The notes beneath the pieces are model-generated. The model saw nothing but the letters and a program-made list of their open reading frames with translations, did not search any database and was not told the origin of the DNA. From the NCBI GenBank assembly GCA_011109175.1, contig RDEW01000010.1, positions 727,837 through 791,836 on the forward strand: a stretch of DNA of 64,000 bases. The letters are read 5' to 3'. The first letter of the stretch is position 1. Every line of letters starts with the position of its first letter. This document shows, in pieces, positions 1-10,224 of the stretch. The stretch is from Dicyema japonicum. Lineage: Eukaryota > Animalia > Dicyemida. A program made the position numbers and the translations under genes.

Positions 1-223
1 TATGTACCTGTTCTCTCTAATTTGCGCTTCATAAATAATAAGAAAAATATATTATTCACTTAATCAATTATTTCAATGAAAAAACCTTAAGCAGGGAAAA
101 AGTTCATTTATTTTTTTATGTCATTTTATTGCTTCGACAAAAGTAACTTTCAATACCAACTTAAGCAATCACCGGCTCATGCAACCTAAATAAAAACAAA
201 CATTAAATAGTGTTTCCTTTAAG

Positions 224-3200
224 ATGTTTCACGGTTTTAAGATGTGTATCAACATTATTTTTTATGTTGATGTTACTACCCCATCTAAGAACACCTCATG
301 CATAAGGTTTTTTTTTAATGATGTACTACACGAAGACACCTCATGCAAAGGGTGCAGAGTATCCAATTCTCGCAAGTGCGGGATTCGATGTTCTGTATGT
401 GTTGGTTACTACCACATAGGTTGTGAAAAACTATCCAAGAAAATTGCTCGATCACTTCCCTCGTGGTCGTGCCGGTCGTGCCGTCTGGAACTCACTAAAA
501 TTGAACCTCATGATCATTTTGTGTCATCATCATCTGTATCAGACCTTCTGGAAGCCATGTCTCCGGAGGATTTTCTGGTTTTATTATCAAACACGCGACA
601 AAGGAAGATTATCCCTGTCAGGATCCCCAAGGCTTCCCGGATCTCAATTGCTTCTGCCCTTTCTTCTTGCATTGAGAAAGCTGTGTCCAATGGCTCGAAA
701 AAGGATTGGATGGTTCTTTTCTCTTTCCCTGTCCTGGCTATGGGTTAGAGCGTAAGCCTGCCCCATCTTCTCGGAAACCCTCTCTATCCCATGTCCTGAA
801 GAAGCGCGTGAGTGCCTTTATGGATTCATGGGAGTCCCTGGCTGAAGAATTATTTGTTTCCCCAGTTGATTACTTCCCAAAGTCCAATTCCAAACAATCC
901 AGTATGGCTCCTGAGAGGCTTCGCTCTCGTGTCAGGAGGAAATTGATGGAGGGCGATCTTACTGCTGCAGTTCGAACTGTTTGTACGGATTCTGACCCGA
1001 AAGCCACTCAGGAGACACTCTGTATATTGGGACAGAAACATCCTCCAGAACCAGAAGACTTTTGTAAACCTGTTCGTCCAGAACAATCTATGCATGATAT
1101 TTCCACTTCAGCCATTTACAACGCTCTTTGTTCTTTCCGAAGAAGTAGCAGTGGAGGAGTTGACGGTCTCAAACCTGGCCATCTGTCAGACTTGGTGTCC
1201 CATTCTGTCGGCAGGCCTGGATCGCTACTCTTGGAGCGAACCCGGGATCTCGTAGCTCGCATGCTTTCCGGAAACGTTTCCGATTTTGGTCGGAATCTCC
1301 TCTTTTCGGCGAATCTAACGGGCCTTGGAAAGAAAGATGGTGGTATTCGCCCCATTGCAATTGGAAACGTATTTCGACGTTTATCCGCAAAAATGGCTTG
1401 TCGTTTTGTTATCTCCCGAATTTCAGCCGAATTTTGTCCTTCGCAGCTTGGTGTCGGAATCAATGGCGGCTGTGAAGCTGGGATCCACGCAGTGAGAGAA
1501 TTTGCGTCACAATCAGCTGAATTGAATGTTGAGGACAGAGTTTTATTCAAATTGGACCTCCGGAATGCCTTCAATTCAGTCAGAAGGGACACCGTCCTTG
1601 ATACCTGTAGGAGGAGGATTCCTCAGATTTATCCCTTTGTATATCTCGCGTATTCGGATCCATCCCCTCTTGTTTTTGGCAGTGGAATTATTTCGTCCGG
1701 ATCCGGAGTTCAACAGGGGGACCCACTCGGTCCTCTTCTATTTTCCTTGTCTATCGACCATATTGCCCAGGACCGTTGCACTCCACTGAACGTCTGGTAT
1801 CTGGACGATTGTATTCTCGGTGGAAGTCCCGATGATATTCTCTCCAAAGTTGCGTCGATCAGAAGTTTGTGTGGAAAAATCGGTCTGGAATTTAACAATG
1901 AAAAGTGCGAAGCAATTAATCTGAATTTGAGTTCCGATTCATTCTACCTTTTTCATAGAAAACTCTGCGATATCATCCCAGGGGTTAGGGAGACTCATAT
2001 TGATTCTCTCGACTTCCTTGGGTGTGGGATTTTGGTAAACCGGGTGAGGGAGTTATTGGAAGGCAAGAGGACTAATTTACGTCAGTATGCCGACAGGATG
2101 AGTTTTTTGGACCGTCATGTCGCCTTTTTTATGCTGAAGAATTGTCTCCTTCTCCCAAAACTCCTTTTTATTCTACGGGGATCCCCATGCTACGCCGAAA
2201 AAGACCTTCTATCGTTAATTGATATGGATATCCGGTCGACGATGGGGTCCATTCTTAATGTTTGTTTTGATGATTTCGGATGGTTACAGGCCTCACTCCC
2301 TGTAGCCTACGGTGGTTTGGGTCTTTCTCTTCCTTCGGACGTTGCTTTGGACGCCTATTTATCTTCGTTCGGCTCGTCAAGGCGTTTAGTGGATACGGTC
2401 CTTCACTCTACTTCCGGACTAAACGTACCGCTGACGCCGTCGGGAGCCTGGGATGAATGGATGAATTTGTACCTGAATGCTCCGGCAATTGTGATAAGCA
2501 AAAGTCCTATTTGTTTTGTCTTCGAAAAGAAGAAAGAGTCCCTTGAAAAGACGGAAGATGTAAGAAGGCTTGCCTGCCTCAAAACAGCCAGTTGTCACTC
2601 GACGGGGGCCTGGATGAACGCTTATCCATCTGCCGAAATTGGAAACCTGTTGGATGATGAGGCTGTGAGAATAGCTACCTCGCTTCGTCTTGGTCTTAAA
2701 TTGTGTGCCGAAAGAAAATGCCGCTGTGGACGTTGGATCGATCCTTTTGGTTATCATCCCTTGTCATGCAAGATGAGTGCGGGTCGTTTCCCCAGGCACT
2801 CCTGTCTTAACATGACATTAAAGAATTCCCTTGCCTCTGCTGGACACCATTGCCTGTTAGAACCTGCTGGTCTTTCCCGAAACGATGGAAAACGCCCTGA
2901 TGGGATGACGACTTTTCCATTCGCCAACGGACGAAACCTGATCTGGGACGCGACGTGTGTTGATACTTATTCCCCGTCTAATTTGGTTGCTTCTGCTTCA
3001 GACCCAGGACATGCTTCAAAGCAGGCCGAGGAACGAAAGAGGGGAAAGTACCAGAGAATTTCGGAGGAGTATCTTTTGTTCCATTCGCGGTGGAAACGTC
3101 AGGAATCCTTGGCCCCAAGCAGATGAGTTGGTTCGTAAGATCGGCTCCATGATTCAAGGTGTGAACAAGGATCCGCGAAAGACTGGTTGGTTCCGACAGC

Positions 3201-3290
3201 GTATCTCGTTGGCTATTGTTAGGGGAAATAGCATGGCCATTCAGATGCCTTAATTTAATTTTTTCTTTTTGATAATAAATTTTTTAAAAA
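224..3290 (+). mobile_element. Near full-length CRE-clade non-LTR retrotransposon (PHD finger - RT - Cys/His knuckle - restriction-like endonuclease)
   Basis: ORFs 224-748, 706-3126 and 2957-3253 join into one ~1000 aa ORF if one base is restored at ~742 (G run) and one at ~3077 (T run). Motifs: RIPKASR, GGIRPIAIG, GVQQGDPLGP, WYLDD, CRCG..D..G.H...C, RPDG..WDATCVDT..K..KY, RISLAIVRGN. T/A-rich tail after the stop. Confidence 0.9.
706..3126 (+). CDS. CRE-type reverse transcriptase/RLE ORF (main open segment)
   Basis: 806 aa ORF with RT domains (LDLRNAFNSVRR, QQGDPLGPLLF, YLDD) and an RLE PD-(D/E)xK-like core. Confidence 0.92.
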   Translation: MDGSFLFPCPGYGLERKPAPSSRKPSLSHVLKKRVSAFMDSWESLAEELFVSPVDYFPKSNSKQSSMAPERLRSRVRRKLMEGDLTAAVRTVCTDSDPKATQETLCILGQKHPPEPEDFCKPVRPEQSMHDISTSAIYNALCSFRRSSSGGVDGLKPGHLSDLVSHSVGRPGSLLLERTRDLVARMLSGNVSDFGRNLLFSANLTGLGKKDGGIRPIAIGNVFRRLSAKMACRFVISRISAEFCPSQLGVGINGGCEAGIHAVREFASQSAELNVEDRVLFKLDLRNAFNSVRRDTVLDTCRRRIPQIYPFVYLAYSDPSPLVFGSGIISSGSGVQQGDPLGPLLFSLSIDHIAQDRCTPLNVWYLDDCILGGSPDDILSKVASIRSLCGKIGLEFNNEKCEAINLNLSSDSFYLFHRKLCDIIPGVRETHIDSLDFLGCGILVNRVRELLEGKRTNLRQYADRMSFLDRHVAFFMLKNCLLLPKLLFILRGSPCYAEKDLLSLIDMDIRSTMGSILNVCFDDFGWLQASLPVAYGGLGLSLPSDVALDAYLSSFGSSRRLVDTVLHSTSGLNVPLTPSGAWDEWMNLYLNAPAIVISKSPICFVFEKKKESLEKTEDVRRLACLKTASCHSTGAWMNAYPSAEIGNLLDDEAVRIATSLRLGLKLCAERKCRCGRWIDPFGYHPLSCKMSAGRFPRHSCLNMTLKNSLASAGHHCLLEPAGLSRNDGKRPDGMTTFPFANGRNLIWDATCVDTYSPSNLVASASDPGHASKQAEERKRGKYQRISEEYLLFHSRWKRQESLAPSR

Positions 3291-3539
3291 AAAGTAGTTC
3301 ATTATTGAAAAAATATAACTAAATTAATTATTTAATTTATTTTTATCAAATTCAAAATTTCTGTTAAATTAAATTAAAAAATTAATTAAATTAAAAAAAC
3401 TTCTGTGCATTTTTATTAAATAGCATTAGCAAACGTGATTAATAATAATCGATAACATTTAATGATTAAAATACAATAAATGTGATAAGTAAGCATTTGT
3501 CACATTTTGGAAAAAAAATCTTTTTAAATAAGATTTTTA

Positions 3540-4430
3540 ATTTATTTTTTTATTAATCAAAAAAAATAAAGATTAACGAAACTAAAATTAATTTTCCTGT
3601 CATTCATTTGAATTCCATGATGGTGAATCACTTTCAACTGTTGATTCAAAGTTTTCTTCAGATAATGGTGAATCACTAAAAATAACAAATTTTTTGTGAT
3701 ACTTTTGATCATCATAGTACGGTACTTCGAAATAATATGGAGCAGATTCAGACTCTAATATATAACTCCACGTGAGTTCATCATAATTAACACTATTATT
3801 AATGAAATATAGTACTTTTCTTCTAATGGATAAATTTCTGGTGGTGTAACATCGTATGCTAAAATTAATAAAAAATAATATACAATTGCATTGGCAAAAG
3901 ATCATTTTGTTAAAGCACGAAGAACAATAACTGTCTTTAAAAGTCATCTAGAAATAAATTTTATTATTTTTTAAGCTAAGATATTTAATACAACCTGTTT
4001 GTTGATAATATTTGACTATGAAAGTTTCAACGCTTTTTATATCAGATACCGTTTATCGCTGATAAATATTATTTTGGAAATAATTAACCACCAATTTGTA
4101 AAAAAATTATTTATTGTAATTCAATAAGTAACGTTGCAGAGATGATTTAAAGGATTTTCGTATTATTTAATTTATTCAAATTTAAACAGGTTTTGAGTTA
4201 AAAAGTGATAATAAACAAATGGTTCTGAAGAATTTTTAAAAAAGTAAAAAATATAAATAAACTTTTGATTTTATTCTTTAAGGTTAAAAATGCAATTTTT
4301 TAAATTTTTATTTTAAGATTATGAATATGATAAACATTTAGATTAAAAAAGATTACATATAATTGTGATAAAATTAAAAAACTTTTGATACAAACTTTTT
4401 AAGTGAAAATAAATCAGTGTCCTTTTATAA
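3540..4430 (-). repeat. Dispersed AT-rich repeat unit carrying a small Cys-rich orphan ORF (copy 1)
   Basis: Colinear similarity to 14450-15420. Its upstream part is also similar to 13800-14110, 16120-16560 and 23470-23590. Confidence 0.7.
3600..3947 (-). CDS. Small orphan protein with N-terminal CxxC...CxC motif and acidic C-terminus
   Basis: ORF MTFKDSYCSSCFNKMIFCQCN... Candidate GT-AG mini-introns at 3859-3883 (25 nt) and 3793-3815 (23 nt) lie at equivalent positions in the paralogue at 14.8-14.95 kb. Confidence 0.45.
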   Translation of the reverse strand: MTFKDSYCSSCFNKMIFCQCNCILFFINFSIRCYTTRNLSIRRKVLYFINNSVNYDELTWSYILESESAPYYFEVPYYDDQKYHKKFVIFSDSPLSEENFESTVESDSPSWNSNE

Positions 4431-5339
4431 CAAATCATGTTCCAGCTGCTAAGATACAGTGGGCATTCACTTGGACGATGGCAATTCCTAAGCGAAGTAA
4501 AAAAAATTTTTAGCATTATTATATTTAAGTATCTCAATGAAGAACAAAACTGTTTAACCATAAAAACAAAATTAAAGTTAATATTTTAAGCTAATTGTAC
4601 GAATTATCGATCTTATTTTCTTCAACAATAATTTATTTACATAGATAAATTCGAACCTCCAATTATTCAATGAAATATAAATCTTATTGTCTTAAAGTAT
4701 CATAGTTGAATGTGAAAATCAGTAATTTTTGCTTTAAATAAATTGATCTTTGGAGACTTATTTTCTCATTCTTTGAGTCTTAAACTTAATGTATTTATAT
4801 TTCTGTTCTTCATATTGATGAAACTTTCAACCTGGATTGTATTACCTTATGTAGACATATGATCTCGTTAATTTTGGGATCTCTCCTTAATTTCCTATTT
4901 TTAATGAATTTCATATATTTAACATAAAATTATTTAAAGTCACTAGATATTGTCATATTTTTTAGATTTAGAGATTTACTGTTTATGTTTATTACGGTCA
5001 GAATCAAATTCTTTTTTATTAAATTTTTGCTTTTCATTATTATTGCTCTAGGTAAAAAAGAGAAAATATCAAATCTAACTAAGTGATCTAAGACAGAGAA
5101 AAAGATCTAAACCGTCGTGGAAGGACATCTTGAACTGTTCTCATAACGGTGCTCAGATTATTTTTTGAAATATTTCTTTTTATTTTAATGATGTTCTTAA
5201 AAATTTCTAATAAATAATGATAATAATAACAGCTTTTTCACTAGAGCCATAATATTTCTAGCTCCTCATAGGCAGGAAACACACTTTATTTAAGTAAATA
5301 ACATTTAATTTTAACTAATCGTAGGACCAAGGAATGATC

Positions 5340-5530
5340 TTCACTTTTTTTCTTTTTCTTGTGTGGTCCTTTCTAGACAATCCAGTTCCGCAGTGATTAT
5401 TCACTGATGACGGCGTCAATCGTCAAACCCTTTTGGCATCGTAGATTCGTGGAACCTTTCACCAGGTGAACAGCAGCGAGAATCGAACCCGTAACTAAGT
5501 CACTTTAGCCCGACACTATAACCCGGCTAA
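5340..5530 (-). mobile_element. tRNA-derived SINE (copy 1)
   Basis: A-box-like TAGCCGGGTT and B-box GGTTCGATTCTC. The body GAAAGGTTCCAC..ATCTACGATGC..GGTTTGAC..GCCGTCATCAG is shared with 23690-23790. A-rich end. Confidence 0.6.
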
Positions 5531-5729
5531 AAAAATTTCTAGTTAAATCTATAACAATCAATTCTAGTTAGAATTAAATATTTAATAATAATAATTGGTG
5601 AATTTTATATTAGTGAGTTTTTAACCTTTGTTCTATGCATTCAAAGATCGATTTCATTTACCGTATAAAATCCTTCATTAATATAAATAATTTATATTTT
5701 TTATACATTTTGCTTGAGTATAGCAATTT

Positions 5730-6200
5730 AATTTTTCAAGTATGCGGTCGAATGAACTTGGCTTTAGCATATTGAAGTTGATTCTTATCTTTTATCGTAT
5801 TTTATGTGTTTATTGGCGGTGTTTAATTTCTCTTGTGGTAAGTTCATGTTAGGAAAAAACACAAGAAAATTCGAAGCGAGTGAAATAAGAGACTCTCAAT
5901 AAATACGAATAAGAACAAACTGAAAGAGATAATCTACTGACAAAAATGTACATGTTCCTTGTTTCTGAATGACCAATGTGACCTCGACGTCATCATTTTT
6001 ATTCATGTCTAACCTAAACTAAAAAAATCAAATAATAATTCTATAGAAGAATTTTCGATTGATAGGAAAATTTTTCGCATTTGCTCTAATCATTCGTTCA
6101 TATATTGACTATTGAGTCGAATGACTTTGGATTTATCATATTGAGGTCAATTCTTATCGTTAATCAGATTTTATGTGGTTATTGGTGGTGTTTTTTCTAA
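5730..6200. repeat. Diverged direct repeat (~95 nt units at 5730-5825 and 6105-6200)
   Basis: GTCGAATGA(A)CTT(T)GG..TTATC..ATTTTATGTG..TATTGG(C/T)GGTGTTT occurs in both units. Confidence 0.65.
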
Positions 6201-6329
6201 CGAAATTTAAAATAACAAAATTAAAGAATTCCCATTCTTCTTCTTTCAGACACAACTTTCCATAAGCCTCGTAGAAATCATTTCAGCTTCTCAAATAGCT
6301 TAGTGCCACCTTTTGGATTAAGTAACCAG

Positions 6330-6580
6330 TCACATATTTCAAGCAAAAAACGAATAAATACGATATTTGGAATCTCTAAATCTTCAACACTCATATATCC
6401 ATTTTTGGACTTAGAAACTGTTAGTACAAAAACTTAGCTGAGTTCATCGCCATCGAACTTAGTTTTTGAGAACAACTTGAATCATTCAACTGACTATTCC
6501 GTTCCATTAACGAAAATATCACGAATGTCAAATTCGACGACCAAAATCACGCAAAGCAACCCTACCCATATCCTTCTGCA
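6330..6580 (+). mobile_element. Decayed CRE RT fragment
   Basis: ENITNVKFDD...QPYP resembles SILNVCFDDFGWLQASLP of the intact element. Confidence 0.4.
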
Positions 6581-6619
6581 ATGTTGGAATCCATTTTTTT
6601 AATCTTGAACGCTTTCATT

Positions 6620-6800
6620 TTTTTCTGTACACCTGTCAATCATTAGTCAAGAATGTTCTTTATTTCTTTACTTAATCGTCAAATATAAACAATATAAAGT
6701 TTTCAGATGTTTGATATTCCGAAATGAAAAACTTTTACGAAATTCTATCTAAGATATTTTTTTAGATTACTGAAAATTCGAATCAAACCGTTCTATGAAT
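6620..6800 (+). repeat. ~180 nt dispersed repeat, second copy at 12250-12430
   Basis: Shared TACACCTGTCAATC...AATCGTCAAA...TATAAAGTTTTCAGAT. Confidence 0.7.
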
Positions 6801-7932
6801 CAGACAAAACCGGCTCATGGTTTAGTGTTTTTACCGATGCGACCTAACTCGACGATGTTTCACTTGCATCAGGATTTCTATCAAATGGAATTGAAAATGA
6901 ATCAAGTACAACGTTGCCAATAAGGTGGTAGTGTTGATATTTATAGACAACATGATCTTTTTTGCTGAAAAAACACATGGAAATTTTAGAAAATAATTCT
7001 CTAAATGATGTCATAAAACGTTCAGTCGAGTCTGTCAGATACAGGACAATACTGCAACTTGTTACTGGACTAGGGAAAAGAAAAACTACCCATGAAATAC
7101 AATCTTTCTGAGTTGAACCCCTTAATTAAGTGATCTACTGTATCGACCCCATATCAGTTTCTAAAAGCATTGGAAGCATGGTATAGGCTCTATTAGCTAC
7201 AGAAATACAGAGAATGCTAATATGAAGAAATACCAAATGTTTCTCTACTGTCACATTCTTATTGTTTGATATCGAATCAACAGGCTGGATAAGTAGAAAG
7301 TTATACTATTTTCCTGAAGAATCTGATCACACTCAGAAGTCATGGCCTTCTCGAAACTGAGTGGTTTATCCAGTTGTCGACAATGGTTCTTATGAGGAGC
7401 AACGTAGAGTCAATTATCTCAGTGTGGATAAATAGTTAGAACAAAATAAATAAGTTGTTTATTATTGAGACTCGATGTAAGAATTTTAAATGATTTTCCA
7501 CCCTGGTTTGATTCCCAAAATGTTATTAAAATGATTTTTACAAGTGAATTTTATTTTGATTTTAGTCATAAATTATGAATCATAAAATTATGACTCATAA
7601 TGTATCGCAAATATTCAAAAGTTTCGAGTTTCACAACAGAAGCTAAAAATTCAGTGTTATATTTAATTAAAAGTCCTCAAGTGACAAGTATTAACATGAC
7701 TATTTTGAATGTATTTTTAATTAATTTTTTATGGTAGTGAAAAATATGGGATAAAAATGCAAGGGACTTCTGAAATTAAAAAAAACTACTACGAGTAATT
7801 AAAAATAATCTTTGTGATTAATTGCTAAAATTATTTTTAGTTTATATAAATCAAAGTATAAATAGGTATTAAAGCTCCAAATATAGCGAAAAACCAAGTG
7901 ACCTTCAATTTATAAATAATCCGATATTTATA

Positions 7933-8823
7933 CAGTACGACCCCGACCCAATAGAAAAGTGCCCAAAATATAGAGGTATATATAATTTTTACATTTTAAA
8001 ACTATTATTTGTATTTTTCAATAACAAAATATGTTGTTTCGATAAAAAAGAGGATTTAACTTATTATATGAGAAATAATCAGTTATTTTGAAGCCAGTAT
8101 TATACTTATTTCTTAGAACCTTTGAAATTTTTATTTATCAAATAAATTGTCGTAGTCGTTAAAAAATCTTCGACTTTATTTCTATCACATGAGTTCTTTT
8201 CACCCGAAATTACTTTGAACAATAATTCATGGCGCTTTATAAATCGATCCAAGCATCCATTTGATGCTTTGAAATCATTGAAGTCAAGATTAGCTGCGAT
8301 TTTTTTGCAATAGTTTTGAAGAGAAATCCTGAAACTGAAATACCATCCTCTCTCAAATTTTTAAAGACTTCGAATACTAATCAATCAATTCGAATAGAAG
8401 GATCTGTTTCGAACTTCTTAGATGAGAGTTCATCAGAGCATATTTGTGTTTTTGAATCCCCTTTTCCGATTTCTTTTTTAATTCGTGAGACAGTTCCTTT
8501 TCCACTATTGACAAATTTTTCTTTCTGACATATTTTCTTTCATTAAAGAATTGGAAATCTTCTGTTTCAGGTGGCGACTAAGCTTCACAGGCATGCTTAA
8601 AAATATTTTAAAAATAATTAAATAAAGATAAAATTGAAATAATAAATTTTAATATTATCGATTGAAAAAGTGCCCCGATAAGCGGGATTTGTATTTTAAA
8701 TTTAGGCTTCTTATTGGTCAAAAAAAATGTAAAAATCATTCAAAATAATATTTATTAAAAAAATCGTCTCCAAAACAGAGGGTGCCCCAAGGACGGGGTT
8801 TTTATTGGGGCAGGGTCGTACTG
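7933..8823 (-). mobile_element. Tigger/pogo-type DNA transposon, internally deleted
   Basis: TIRs CAGTACGACCC(C/T)G(A/C)CCCAATA, TA on both flanks, frameshifted CENP-B-type HTH (FKASNGCLDRFIKRH..ISGE). Confidence 0.85.
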
Positions 8824-8879
8824 TATATTTCAGTGGCCGATATACTTTATTATGAAATACAATCAATAATGTAATTAAA

Positions 8880-10040
8880 TTAACACAGCCAACCATCCAA
8901 AGTGGACCCCGCCGATATTATCGACGTTTCGTTTCTTCTCACGATTGCAACAGCGGGTAGGGTCGCTTGGTCCCACCCTCGGTCGTCAAATTTCACATTG
9001 GTGATACGTTCAATAGTTGTCCGGGAGAGGGAATCGATAGCATCGAGCTGTTGCATTTTCAGGTAGCAGGGTGCGTTTCTCAGCAGGAACAAGAAGGTAT
9101 GTGCGTCCAGCATCTCTGAATGTTGTTTTTAGCTGTTGTTCTATTGTACTTAGAGTGTTATTGATTCCAGCATCAGTAAGTGGGTATCCGTGTATTTCCA
9201 GTTGTTCTGATTTGTTTTCTATGGCTTTCGGAATGATCTCTCTGAACATCGCAAGAATCAAGTCCTATTTAGGCTGCGGAAATCCAAATTGATAACTTCA
9301 CATTTCGAGGTGTTTAAAATTAGGCAAGAGATTCAATTTGCACTCTCAGACTTTTCAAACAATCTTGTACATCTTTCGGATGGCTGCCTATGATGCAATC
9401 ATCCAGATACCATACTCTCAGAGGAGTAGAACAATATCTCGTGATAAAAGCAATTCCAAGACTGAGCAAGGCAAGACCCAGTGAGTCTCCTTGTTGGACT
9501 CCAGAAGAAGATAGAATGTAATATTGGCCGTGTATTAGATTGGATGGTTTCCCGTACGAGCTATGAGTATAGCTGTACACTGAGTATGTGAAGCAATCCT
9601 CCAGAATTGTATCACGTTGTATCGAGTTGAAGGCATTTTTAATGTCAATTTTGACGATTACTTGAGGAATGTTCTAGTACTTTTCGGTGAATGTTCAAAC
9701 ATGAACTACCGATCACAATCCCCGGCTGTGCTGGCACCTATTTGGGTCGGTTGTAGCTGTGTTATCAGCGTAGGCAGAATTGCTCTGCATACAAGCTTTG
9801 AGGCCAACCGACGAAAACCAAACCAACATCAATAAGGCGTATTCCCCTCCCCCCTTGTCGAATGCGATTAACTTGGCGGAGAACATTACGTGTCGAATTG
9901 TTTCTGGTAGTGTCCCTGATAGCATCCTGTTTATTAGTTTGGTGATAGCCAACACGAGCCGGACCCAGAGTTTCCCGTGATATGAGCAATGAGGTCTTTG
10001 AGGTGTTTCGGATATTGTCCATCTAGTCCTCCACTGATGA
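8880..10040 (-). mobile_element. Internally deleted CRE retrotransposon (RT segments plus 3' end)
   Basis: SAKLIAFDKGGG, SGVQQGDSLG, VWYLDD, CYLKMQQL, AIVRRNETSIISAG. Confidence 0.85.
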
Positions 10041-10224
10041 AAAATATGTCTCAAGTAGAAAAACAATGATATTAATCATAATTGAGCTAAATTTGTAAAA
10101 CAGGATAAAATATATTTACCAGAAAATATTTTTAAATTTTTAAATTAAACTTATTTTTCGAATTTAAAAAAATGGTATATAATCTAAAATAAATTAATTC
10201 GTTAATCTTATTAAATTTAAAATT

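Noticed and set aside
850-1898. Numerous 60-160 aa ORFs antisense to or overlapping the RT, TOP1 and DDX46 ORFs
   Set aside because: Shadow ORFs of GC-richer coding sequence with no motifs
5404-5428. Hammerhead-like CTGATGA...CAAAC on the plus strand (also the reverse complement of 23755-23780)
   Set aside because: GAAA core absent (TCAAAC), no stems I/III, and it lies antisense to the SINE
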